Origin: a virus
Length of the DNA: 64,000 nt
Virus record (IMG/VR): IMGVR_UViG_3300032893_000005
Coordinates: 64,001-128,000 of that record
Reading direction: 5' to 3' (one strand)
Shown: positions 40,064 through 48,923 of the stretch, piece after piece
How the letters are laid out: every line of letters begins with the position of its first letter
Position numbering within the stretch: the first letter of the stretch is position 1
Notes under the pieces: generated by a model
The model's database searches: none
Seen by the model: only the letters and a program-made list of their open reading frames with translations
Told to the model about the DNA's origin: nothing
Program-made: the position numbers and the translations under genes

Positions 40064-42453
40064 TAGTTGACTCCAACAGGCACCGCATCCACGTCAACGA
40101 CGTTCGTAGACTTCACTATGCCGAGGCGAGTGATCGCTTGGCCAGTAGTCGACGGTGCAGTGTTACTCCAAGCACCTGCGGCCTGAAGGAAGAACGGCTT
40201 GCCCTGGTCGTTGGTAGCGAACGCAGTGTCGCTCGAGCCGAGGGTAAGAAGTCCCTTACGAACGACCGTGATGCTGTTACCAGCAGACACGGAGGTCGGG
40301 TTGTTGAACAGACCGATGACGTAGAACTCGTCGTAGGTTGAAGTGTCGATGTCGGCAGCGTACACCCGGCCAGCAGTCTCGCCGTTCTGAACGATGGCTC
40401 TGCGGATTGCGTACGTCGTATTCGCGCTGAACGATTGACCGGCCACTTCGGTAGTGACCCAGGCGGGAGCGTTCTGAACGGCAGCGGCTGAACCGTTACC
40501 GCCCGTGATGGTGAGCTGGTCGAAGACGTTGGTGTTGACCTTGGCAGCAGTAACCGCGTTGTTGACGAGGTCAGTCGACTGGATGCTGTTCGAGAGGTTC
40601 AACTTCGAGTACGCGATCGCAGCCGAGGCGTTGATGTCCGCGTTCACGATCGAGTTGCTCAAGCTCAGCTTGCTGTAGGCGATCGCGGCAGAAGGACTGA
40701 CGTCGGAGTTGACGATAGAACCGGCAAGGCTTAACTTGCTGTAGGCGATCGCGGCAGAAGGACTGATGTCCGCGTTCACGATGCTGGCAGACAGGTTCAA
40801 CTTGCTGTAGGCGATCGCAGCCGAGGCGCTGACCTGGGTATTCGTGATACCGCCAGCCTTGACCTCGAGGTTGTTGCCGCTGAAGTCGATCGTGGTGCCG
40901 TCGACGTTTACGTTCAGCGTGTTACCGCTGTAGGACAGACCGTTACCGGCCAAGATCTTGGAAGGACCTGAGAAGTCAACCCACGAGAGGGTAGACGACA
41001 CGTAGGTGTACGAAGATCCGTAGTGCTGAGAGCCAGGCGCGTTGACGTTGAACGCCCAGTTGTTTGCAGGCGAAGCGAACGTGTAGGCGTAAGAGCCAGG
41101 CGTTGCGTTCGTGACGGTCGCGATCGTGTTGTGGTGACCTGCGAAGCTGCCGCCAAGCTGCGCCGTGAAGGACGAGTACGTGATCGTAGAGTCGCCCGTG
41201 CCGCTGGACTTGGTGATAGTGCCGCTTGCCGGAGGATAACCGTTGCTCGTCGCAACTAGCGTTGTACCGCCAGCGATCGTGCTCTGGACGATGAAGGCGT
41301 AGCCGTTAGAGTCGAGGTAGATAGCGCCAGCAGTTGCGTTCGCAGCCGTGACCGTGAACGTGAATACTTCGGGAGTGTCGATGGACACACCGAAGCGGTC
41401 GCCGACCTGCATGGCAGTCTGAGTTCCAGAGCCAAGGGGTAAGCCGTTCGAGATGTCGATCCAGTTCGCACCGTCCCACCACACGACGTGACCAGCAAAG
41501 CCGGACCAAGCGCCCGTAGGCGATGCTCCGATGACGTAGGTCAAGCTGTAGATCGGCGATCCGGGAGGAGCGCTTAGGCTGTCGTCGGTGATGTCTGGGT
41601 CTCTGACTGGGTTCTGCCACAGGAGGCCTGTGCTCGCAGAGGTCAACTGACCGTAGTTCACCGCGTCGTTCGGGTTCGTACCGTTCGCGAGGCCAGTGAT
41701 CTTGTTGCTGTTCAGGTTGAAGTTGCCGGTAGCGGGTACTGTGCCGTCGGCCAAGAACAAGTTGCCTGACAAGATACCAGAAGCCTGGACGTAGCCAGAA
41801 GCACTCTGGATCAAGACGTCGTTGGTTGAACCACCGAGGGTAGCCAACTTCGTGTAGGCGATGGCCGCAGAGGGAGATACGTCAGAGTTGACGATCGAGC
41901 CTGAGAGGTTCAGCTTGCTGTAGGCGATTGCCGCGCCAGCCGCGATGTTCGAGTTCGTCAGGTTCCCGAGGTCGACGTCGGCGTCGGGCATCGTGATCGT
42001 GCGAGTGTGGCCGGTCGTGATGCCAGCAGCACTGAACGCGATCTTCTTGGTCGTGTCAGACACGTTCTCGATTCGGAAGACCGAGTCGAGGGGAGTAAGG
42101 ATCGCGCCTAGGGCAGAGTCGATGCCAAGCAAAGCACCTTTGACGGTCGCAGCAGTAGGTGTGAAGTTCAGGTAGTTGTCGTAGTCACCGATAAGGCGTG
42201 AGCCGTCGGTACCGTTGGTCGCAGCAGACAGGGAGCTGGTGCGGGTATAGACCGTGTCGTGCGTGTGGTAGGACGTGTTGACGTCGGTACCGTTCTGGAG
42301 GCTGACAAGGCGGTCTAATATAGTCTTGGTGAGTTCAGTGTTGGATACACCACCGCCTACCTTGACGGACAGCGTCACAAGCGTGTTGGCGCTTATGTCT
42401 ATGCCCCTTGTTGCGGCTCCTACTAACCTGGCTAGTACGCTAATGTCTGACAT
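40063..42453 (-). CDS. Fibre/head-spike-like protein with 21-aa repeats, DUF2793-like and cement-like domains
   Basis: Six AAIAY(S/T)KL repeats; PPGSP...YVIGASPTGAWSG...WDGANW; C-terminal G.PFFL..AG..SNTAP...RLG. Confidence 0.7.
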   Translation of the reverse strand: MSDISVLARLVGAATRGIDISANTLVTLSVKVGGGVSNTELTKTILDRLVSLQNGTDVNTSYHTHDTVYTRTSSLSAATNGTDGSRLIGDYDNYLNFTPTAATVKGALLGIDSALGAILTPLDSVFRIENVSDTTKKIAFSAAGITTGHTRTITMPDADVDLGNLTNSNIAAGAAIAYSKLNLSGSIVNSDVSPSAAIAYTKLATLGGSTNDVLIQSASGYVQASGILSGNLFLADGTVPATGNFNLNSNKITGLANGTNPNDAVNYGQLTSASTGLLWQNPVRDPDITDDSLSAPPGSPIYSLTYVIGASPTGAWSGFAGHVVWWDGANWIDISNGLPLGSGTQTAMQVGDRFGVSIDTPEVFTFTVTAANATAGAIYLDSNGYAFIVQSTIAGGTTLVATSNGYPPASGTITKSSGTGDSTITYSSFTAQLGGSFAGHHNTIATVTNATPGSYAYTFASPANNWAFNVNAPGSQHYGSSYTYVSSTLSWVDFSGPSKILAGNGLSYSGNTLNVNVDGTTIDFSGNNLEVKAGGITNTQVSASAAIAYSKLNLSASIVNADISPSAAIAYSKLSLAGSIVNSDVSPSAAIAYSKLSLSNSIVNADINASAAIAYSKLNLSNSIQSTDLVNNAVTAAKVNTNVFDQLTITGGNGSAAAVQNAPAWVTTEVAGQSFSANTTYAIRRAIVQNGETAGRVYAADIDTSTYDEFYVIGLFNNPTSVSAGNSITVVRKGLLTLGSSDTAFATNDQGKPFFLQAAGAWSNTAPSTTGQAITRLGIVKSTNVVDVDAVPVGVN
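40581..40850 (-). repeat. Degenerate 63-bp tandem repeat (4 copies; 2 more at about 41845-41960)
   Basis: Recurrent ttgctgtaggcgatcgc(a/g)gc units encoding SIVNxDxxxSAAIAYSKLxLx. Confidence 0.85.
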
Positions 42454-42487
42454 CTTCTCGTTTTCCTACTTAAAAAATGATGGGAAG

Positions 42488-42751
42488 TTAGGCGGGTGTT
42501 ACCTTCTGATTAAGATCTTGACCTAACTTACTGTCTTTGTTATCTTTTTCACTATCCTCAACCTCGCAGAAGTCGACGTTGAAGTTCGCGAGCTTCCAGC
42601 CGTAGGGCTTCAGGACCTTGTTGGCCTCAGCGTGGGCCTTCTTCAGGATGGCGTTCACCTGGTTACCCAGTTCTTCAGCCATCCTCATGCGCTCGCTGAC
42701 TCCCATGCTTGCTAGTGGACGGGCGTTTTCTTTTACTAAGCGCTTACTCAT
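42488..42751 (-). CDS. Small hypothetical protein
   Basis: ORF with RBS inside structural operon. Confidence 0.6.
   Translation of the reverse strand: MSKRLVKENARPLASMGVSERMRMAEELGNQVNAILKKAHAEANKVLKPYGWKLANFNVDFCEVEDSEKDNKDSKLGQDLNQKVTPA
42508..42520 (-). promoter_or_regulatory. Putative late promoter motif AGATCTTAATC
   Basis: Same 11-mer at 46730 and 56602, each 45-55 nt before a - strand start. Confidence 0.6.
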
Positions 42752-42762
42752 GTGGCCCTTTC

Positions 42763-43212
42763 TTATAGTTGACCGATGATCGCGATGGCGACCAAGAGGT
42801 CAAGCTGCGAAGGTGTGGTCTCGTTCTTAACTATGAAGCCGACTCGGACAACCCAGTCGCCTTCCACGAATCCGTCAACCCCGATGTCAGGCTTGTCGTT
42901 GGTGAGCCCACCGGAGAGCGATACGAACACCGCGTCACCGGGCGAGAACATGCCGACGTTGTAGATCGTGCCGCTCGCGATGATCGTACCCTGGCTTCCG
43001 TTACCCACAGTGGCGACCGTGAGGCCAGCCAAGGATAGGACGTCAGCTTCCAGTGTAGGATTTATAGTAGCCATGCCTGTAGCTGTAATCTTTACAGGCA
43101 AGGCAGCACCGATCGCAGACCCCGTGTTGTTGGTCGAGGTCTTGGTGATCGACTGCGCCTGCACTGGTATGCCGAAGCTCTGGGAAGAGTAGCTCATTAG
43201 TTGATCCACCAT
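42763..43212 (-). CDS. Capsid-cement/decoration-like structural protein
   Basis: AGL...V.NG..GTI..SG...PGDAVFVS..GGLT..KP...VVRVG; resembles the C-terminus of 40063-42453. Confidence 0.55.
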   Translation of the reverse strand: MVDQLMSYSSQSFGIPVQAQSITKTSTNNTGSAIGAALPVKITATGMATINPTLEADVLSLAGLTVATVGNGSQGTIIASGTIYNVGMFSPGDAVFVSLSGGLTNDKPDIGVDGFVEGDWVVRVGFIVKNETTPSQLDLLVAIAIIGQL

Positions 43213-46200
43213 TGTACCCCATCGCTCGACACGTCGATCGAGTCGCCTGGGTTCGTGAGTACCTTGGTCATCGCGAAGTCGATGTTGTCGGCTCCAGACA
43301 CTGTGACGGTGTTAGCTGACATATCCTTCTTCTTGATCGTGAACCTTACGCCAGTCGCACTGCTCGCAGAAGGCAGCGAGATGATGATCGAGGCAGAAGA
43401 TGCGTCAGCGAGCACGAAGTCGTCGACTCCTAGGGAGATCGTGTGATTCGCGCTGTAAGTCGTGAAGCTTCTGTTGTTCGAGATGCCTGCCAAGAACACG
43501 CCGCGAGTCTGCTTGCGGTAAGCGCCTAGGCCTACGTCGTAGATGAGCAGGTAGTTCGAGTTGTTCGCGACCGAGTCAGTCGGCAGGTGGACGAAGTCGT
43601 CGTCGGGAGCACCGCCGCCAGTTCCAGGACCGCCAGGCATCCTGATCTTGAAGTCGAGGACGTCGCCAACGACTAAGTTCTGGTTGATCTGGATGGTAGT
43701 CGACTGAGCACCGAACACTCCAACCTCAGTCCAGCCGCCGGTCACAGAGTCTACGTTGGTGAGCGGCAGGAACTGACCGTTGAGGAACAGGTCAAGCCAA
43801 CCTTTACCGACGGTGTAGTACTGCGTTGCGTTAGAGTTTCGAGAGTTGAGCGGCAAGGTGATGTTCGTGCCGGACGTTATCGGTCCGTTGATCTGGTTGT
43901 TGCCAGAAGCACCGCTCGTGACCAACAGCAGAGACTCGTCGTACGCGGGGTTCGACAAGGTCGTGAAGATGCTGTTGATGTTACCAGCACAGATCGAGAT
44001 CGCGATGGTCAGCGAGTCAGCGCTCGAGAACGTGTAAGGGCTTCCAGCCTGAGGGAAGATGGTGTAAGGCGGAGAGGTGTCGGACTCTGACTCAGAGCCG
44101 ATGAACTTCAGGATGTTGAGCAGCGTCGGATCGTCGATCTGAGCTGAGTCGCCCTGCTCGAGTACGCCGTTACCACCACGCAGTCTTAGGTAGATGCGAG
44201 GAGTCGCAGTGACAGAACCGTCGCCCGCTATGCCGCCGCCAGTCTCAGAGTAGACCTGGTAGTACGTCGTGTAGTTTGCGCTTGCGTAGCTCACGCCGCC
44301 GTTGGTAGTTGCGACCGAGTAACCGGCAGACTGAGGAGGAGTTCCGGTACTCTTCAGACGCGCAGCGTTGAAGCTGTCCGCCGTCGTACCCTTGATCATC
44401 CACACGTAGTTTCCAGCAGAGAGGCTCGGGTAGCCAGCGCCGGTGAACGTGAAGTCGATGTCTGCCAAGTTGGTGATGGCGGTCGCAGCTACTACGTCAG
44501 AAGACGCGAGCACGGAGCCAGTGGGCACGTTGCCCGAGGCTGCGTACACGTCGATGTACACGTTGCCGGTCGGAGTTCCCATGGGGTTACCGCCGACGAC
44601 CGTGATCTTACCTAAGTTGATGCCAGCGCCGAGCGAGAAGTTGTTACCCTGCCAGTCCTGAGTCGTGATCGATCCAGTGTCGAAGCCGCTAGATGGAGCA
44701 GGAGTAGCGCCGGTCAAGCCGTCTGCGACGAGAGTATAGGCCGGTGATCCGCCGGAGACGTCGGGGCCAGGGTTGTAGACCGTGAAGGTCTTAGAGCCCG
44801 TGACCGCCTGGATGTCGTACTTGCCGTCGAAGCTCGAGTCGTTGGCGCCCGCGATCGTGATCGCCTGTCCTACGACGAGGTTGTGGTTCAAAACTGTCTT
44901 AACAGTCGCGTAGTTGCTCGCCCGAGACAGACCGCCGTTCGCAGGCGTGTCGATCATGAGGGTCGTGAACGCGTTGTCGTCGCGCTTCGCTAACCAGTAA
45001 GTATCCCCTGACACTGGTACTGCCGTGGGATCAGCAGCGGTGACCGTGCCGTAAGTTCCCTGACAGCGAAGTGCCTTGCCAGTAACGGTCGTGCCGATGT
45101 AGTTGGACGCGAGGGTGATCGTGCTGCCGGACACCATGCTGACCTTGGCGTAGGCCGCGATGTTGTCAGCCGCGTACTTGACCCAGTCGCCAGCGCTGAT
45201 GCCGCTTATGGTGTTCGCAGCAGTTATCGTGTTGGTGCCGTTGGTGAAGGAGAACGTGTTCGATGACTGGAAGTCTTGGTCGCGGACGAGGCTGACGTAG
45301 CAAACCTGACCGTCGTTGAGTTCGACGCTCCCCTGAGTGATAGTGTAAGTCAGCGGGCCGAAGATCGACCTGACGAGGACGTTTGAGGTCCACTCGAGCA
45401 AGCCTGCAGTGGCTGGATCATGTACGAATGCGCCAGAGCCAGTGATGACTGAGAACTCAGCGTTGAACGCGAGGTTTGCGACGCTGGCACCAGGGATCAG
45501 CGAAGATCCGTTGACGTACCAGAGGGAGCCGCCTGACAGGTTCAGGATACGGCTCATCACCATGTCCATCCAGTCCTTGAACTTCAGGAGGTTGAAGTCA
45601 CCGTTCTGGAAGGGGTCTGGCTGGCCGTTGGCCGTGACGATGAGAGGATTCTCAGCAGTTAATGACGCAGTGTAGTAAGGGTTCGGAGCAGCTCCACCTT
45701 GTCCTAGACGGAATGGCGAGTACTTGGCGTTCTCGATGCTGATCGCAGCGCCTGAGCTGTTGACGCCCACGATCGCAAGCGGCATGTTGGTGCCGAAGCC
45801 TGAGGTGTTGATGACGATCTGGTACTCGAGCACGAGCCCAAGCGGGACGTTCTTCGTGAACTCAACCTTGGCGTCGACGTCCCAGAAGCTGACCAGGTCG
45901 TTGGTCGAGGGATCAGTCGCGCGGAGTAACTGGACAGATACGTAGTTGGTAGCCCCTGAGGTGAAGGAGCCGACGACGTTCGGGTTCGTCGCGTTCAGGA
46001 TCTCGTTCGGGGTTCCAGCGGGAACTGTGAGGTAGGAGCCATCGGCCTGGCCAGGCATCCATATGACGCTGTCCGACACAGACACTTGGATGGTCGATGC
46101 CTGAGCGTTGATGTAGTTCGCCGCGTTCGGTATGTAGAATCCCCTAAGGGTGTAGGGCGAAGTACCGATGAAGCCGGACAGTAAGGCCCTGAAGTCGAAG

Positions 46201-46283
46201 ATGTTTCCATCCTCGATCATCTTGAGGTGAGGGACGTCTACGCGCTGAGCCTGAAGCCAGTTAAACCGCTGTGTATTTGCCAT
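43197..46283 (-). CDS. Large baseplate/fibre-attachment protein
   Basis: 1028 aa G/S/T/N-rich mosaic; N-terminal QRVDVPHL; adaptor domain LDLFLNGQ; C-terminal ISLPSA...G.RFTIKK domain. Confidence 0.7.
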   Translation of the reverse strand: MANTQRFNWLQAQRVDVPHLKMIEDGNIFDFRALLSGFIGTSPYTLRGFYIPNAANYINAQASTIQVSVSDSVIWMPGQADGSYLTVPAGTPNEILNATNPNVVGSFTSGATNYVSVQLLRATDPSTNDLVSFWDVDAKVEFTKNVPLGLVLEYQIVINTSGFGTNMPLAIVGVNSSGAAISIENAKYSPFRLGQGGAAPNPYYTASLTAENPLIVTANGQPDPFQNGDFNLLKFKDWMDMVMSRILNLSGGSLWYVNGSSLIPGASVANLAFNAEFSVITGSGAFVHDPATAGLLEWTSNVLVRSIFGPLTYTITQGSVELNDGQVCYVSLVRDQDFQSSNTFSFTNGTNTITAANTISGISAGDWVKYAADNIAAYAKVSMVSGSTITLASNYIGTTVTGKALRCQGTYGTVTAADPTAVPVSGDTYWLAKRDDNAFTTLMIDTPANGGLSRASNYATVKTVLNHNLVVGQAITIAGANDSSFDGKYDIQAVTGSKTFTVYNPGPDVSGGSPAYTLVADGLTGATPAPSSGFDTGSITTQDWQGNNFSLGAGINLGKITVVGGNPMGTPTGNVYIDVYAASGNVPTGSVLASSDVVAATAITNLADIDFTFTGAGYPSLSAGNYVWMIKGTTADSFNAARLKSTGTPPQSAGYSVATTNGGVSYASANYTTYYQVYSETGGGIAGDGSVTATPRIYLRLRGGNGVLEQGDSAQIDDPTLLNILKFIGSESESDTSPPYTIFPQAGSPYTFSSADSLTIAISICAGNINSIFTTLSNPAYDESLLLVTSGASGNNQINGPITSGTNITLPLNSRNSNATQYYTVGKGWLDLFLNGQFLPLTNVDSVTGGWTEVGVFGAQSTTIQINQNLVVGDVLDFKIRMPGGPGTGGGAPDDDFVHLPTDSVANNSNYLLIYDVGLGAYRKQTRGVFLAGISNNRSFTTYSANHTISLGVDDFVLADASSASIIISLPSASSATGVRFTIKKKDMSANTVTVSGADNIDFAMTKVLTNPGDSIDVSSDGVQWWIN

Positions 46284-46682
46284 TTAGATCTGCCTTCCAA
46301 GCCACTTGATGGGATCTCTGATGGACTCGTTCTGTTCTGGAGTTTGCCACGCAGAGACGCAGTAGTTGACCGGTTGAACACCGCCGACGACGCCAGGCAA
46401 AGCTTCTACGTTGGTGCCACAAGTGACCTTGAACGGTTCCATGCCCGGAGGTAAGTCGCCGACGTAAGGTGCTGGGTAGCCGGGCCACGGTTGGACTGCA
46501 GGAGTGACGATGATGTTCGGGTGAAGGATCGTAGGAGGAATATACGGTGCCACGTAGGGAACTTGTACGGGCTGGGCCAACACTTCTGCCTTAAGCTTGA
46601 GGGCTTCGATGATCTGTTTCTGTATGTTAACCAGGTCTTTGAGAGCCTGGACCTCTTGCTCGAGGGCTTCTTCGCGGGTCAT
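46284..46682 (-). CDS. Pro-rich hypothetical protein with N-terminal coiled coil
   Basis: Directly coupled to 46283; downstream of late motif. Confidence 0.6.
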   Translation of the reverse strand: MTREEALEQEVQALKDLVNIQKQIIEALKLKAEVLAQPVQVPYVAPYIPPTILHPNIIVTPAVQPWPGYPAPYVGDLPPGMEPFKVTCGTNVEALPGVVGGVQPVNYCVSAWQTPEQNESIRDPIKWLGRQI

Positions 46683-46709
46683 CGTTTCACCTTAGATTGG
46701 CAGGACTGC

Positions 46710-46862
46710 CTAGGACTGGGTGTCCTCAGGATTAAGATCTTGAGCTAACCGGCTGATTTGCTTGTCTTTCTTTCGATCGTATTTGGTCTCATCACCGTGA
46801 TTTTTGTTCGGCGGTAGCTTGAGGCGCATGCTGGGCTTCTGGACCTTCTTAGGCTTTCGCAT
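46710..46862 (-). CDS. Small basic protein (50 aa, not in ORF track)
   Basis: MRKPKKVQKPSMRLKLPPNKNHGDETKYDRKKDKQISRLAQDLNPEDTQS; overlaps the EndoVII stop. Confidence 0.55.
   Translation of the reverse strand: MRKPKKVQKPSMRLKLPPNKNHGDETKYDRKKDKQISRLAQDLNPEDTQS
46730..46742 (-). promoter_or_regulatory. Putative late promoter motif AGATCTTAATC
   Basis: 13-bp identity with 42508-42520. Confidence 0.6.
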
Positions 46863-47301
46863 TGAGGTAGTCCAGGACGCTGTGAACAACTTCGGGTCGA
46901 TCTTCGAGATGGCCCAGTATGATGTTGCAGCTAAAGCAGATCAGACCGCGCACTCTGCCGGTCTTGTGGCAGTGATCAACCGTCAAGTTCTTGATCTTGC
47001 CTGTTTGAGGATAAACGGCAGTCTCCGGGTTCGTGCATATCTTACAGACCCCGTCTTGCTCGGCAAGCATCTGATTATATTGATCAAGTGTTATACCGTA
47101 CTTATGCTTAAGCATGCGATTCTTGGCTTCAAGCGGATTTCTCGCCCTTGTAGCTCGTTGATAGCCCCGCTGCTTTGCCCGTCTGTCTGGGTTGTTAAGA
47201 CGTGAAGCATCGTAACATGCCTGACAAAGACCCTTACCGATATGTTTTCTATCGGGATGACAAGTGGGATGTTCGTAAGTGGGTGGTCTACCAATTCTCA
47301 T
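46849..47301 (-). CDS. Endonuclease VII-family (His-Me) endonuclease
   Basis: KYGITLDQY..MLAEQDGVCKIC...VDHCHKTGRVRGLICFSCN..LG. Confidence 0.9.
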   Translation of the reverse strand: MRIGRPPTYEHPTCHPDRKHIGKGLCQACYDASRLNNPDRRAKQRGYQRATRARNPLEAKNRMLKHKYGITLDQYNQMLAEQDGVCKICTNPETAVYPQTGKIKNLTVDHCHKTGRVRGLICFSCNIILGHLEDRPEVVHSVLDYLNAKA

Positions 47302-47313
47302 ACAATTACTTTA

Positions 47314-47754
47314 TCATGCTTTGGCGTCCGAGACCTCATTATAGTAGAAGAGACCTTGGAAGCTCGCGCTGAAGGTGTTCACGCCTTTGACGCTAGTTGT
47401 TATACTGTCCTTGTCGAAGATCACGCCGACCACGCGGGCGTAGGTCGTGTTGAGCTTGCGGTCGATCAGCTCGATCACGCAGTACTTCTGGTTGAGGAGG
47501 TCTTGGAGAGTCGAGGCATTGATGATGCCGAAGCCTGCGGGTCCACCGATGTCGCGGACCTGAAAGCCAGCCATGGTGCCGGTGACGGAGTAGGGGCCAG
47601 TCGTCGCGATCTCCTGAGGAGGAAGAACGTCGATGCCGTAGATGGCCTTGACACCCTGAGAGCGGTTGATGGTGACGTTGGTCGCAAAGCCCACCACCTT
47701 GCCGTTGACCACGACCTTTGATGATGCGCCTGTGACTAAAGATTGCTGTGACAT
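47314..47754 (-). CDS. Tail tube-like protein
   Basis: 146 aa beta-rich; TGA..KV.VNGKVVGFATNV...I.GI....PQEI pattern of myophage tube proteins; context. Confidence 0.7.
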   Translation of the reverse strand: MSQQSLVTGASSKVVVNGKVVGFATNVTINRSQGVKAIYGIDVLPPQEIATTGPYSVTGTMAGFQVRDIGGPAGFGIINASTLQDLLNQKYCVIELIDRKLNTTYARVVGVIFDKDSITTSVKGVNTFSASFQGLFYYNEVSDAKA

Positions 47755-47780
47755 AAGTTACTCGCTGTAATTGTCCTAAA

Positions 47781-47910
47781 AGACTACTTTAATGGTCTAA
47801 AACTGGGTTAACTGCTCTTCTTAGACTACTTAAGTGGTCTAAGTATTGGGACAAAAAATGTCCCGATTGTGTCCCGATTGTCGCATAATTGCGACAAACG
47901 ATGTCGCAAT
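47781..47910. repeat. Non-coding cluster of nested palindromes and direct repeats
   Basis: Two AGACTACTT..TGGTCTAA quasi-palindromes, GGGACA/TGTCCC stem, 2x TGTCCCGATTG, three alternating TGTCGCA/TGCGACA arms. Confidence 0.85.
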
Positions 47911-47912
47911 AC

Positions 47913-48134
47913 TCACTCCTTGAACTCCACTTCGCTGTTCACGATCGTCAAGTGCACTTTACACCCGACGAGCTGAAGGTACGAAGGGTTGACGCTGAGC
48001 CGCTCGAGGGAGTTACCGATGCAGGTCCACATGCCGGGTCCGAAGGGGATCGTGATGCGATGCGTCCTACACTTTGGGCAGTCGAACTGGAGCCTTTGCG
48101 GTATCCACTTCGGGTTCAAGCTCTGCAACTTCAC
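47913..48134 (-). CDS. DUF6527-like Cys/His protein
   Basis: FDCPKC...W...G.SLERLSVNPS....GC..H..I..SEV; GTG start with AAGGAG. Confidence 0.6.
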   Translation of the reverse strand: MKLQSLNPKWIPQRLQFDCPKCRTHRITIPFGPGMWTCIGNSLERLSVNPSYLQLVGCKVHLTIVNSEVEFKE

Positions 48135-48923
48135 GCCGGATCTCCTTCTTCGCTGCCATGCGGACCGATCCTTCGATCGCACGCTTCCACTTGCCGAACG
48201 GCTTGATGTCGAGGCTCATGTACACGTCTTGCCACTTCTTCTTATACGCCTTCACTACCGTCTCCTGGCTGCTTGCCTGGCTGCGACGACGAAGCTGAGG
48301 GGAACGACTGGCTTCCAGTTCTTCCACGCTTCGGCGATCTCTCTTGCGGTTGGGACTTTCTTAGGTGGTACCTTCGCACCGTTTCCTTGATCACCCACTC
48401 GTACTTCTCCTGGTCCGTGCCGTTCTCTGGGTAAGGGATGGGCGTATCGTCACTCATCTTAGACGTTTTACTTACTTTGTCTAGGATGAGAGCACAACTT
48501 TACAGGTTCACTGGGCTGCTTAAGCATCCATTCAAGAACTCTTGTGACAGCCTCGTACTCACCCTTCATGAACTCTTCCCATTCTTTGTTAGCTTCGATC
48601 ATGATCTCGTCAGAGGTTCGTGCTTTCTCGGTTGACTCTTCCATCCTGGCTCCTTATAGTGAGTTTACTCCAGTTTACCAATTTTTCCCTATAAGTGCCA
48701 GTCTTAGGACTTTGTTTGCTTTCGTAAGTGCTCGCGCTGGCAGTGGTCAGTGCAGTAGGCGAAGAACGCTGTGCTCGAGAACTCATGGCCGCAGTTTGGG
48801 CACTTGAAGTTAAAGAACTGCGACTCGTCGATCGGTTCCAGCTTGATCGGCTGAGGCTTGATGCGTCGCGGCTTAACTGATCTCACCTTACCCATGATCC
48901 CCTGACTCCACTATTGTAAGGAG

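Noticed and set aside
46790-46810. Frameshift at A-run in small basic ORF
   Set aside because: The run is 5 nt and the frame 46862-46710 is continuous.
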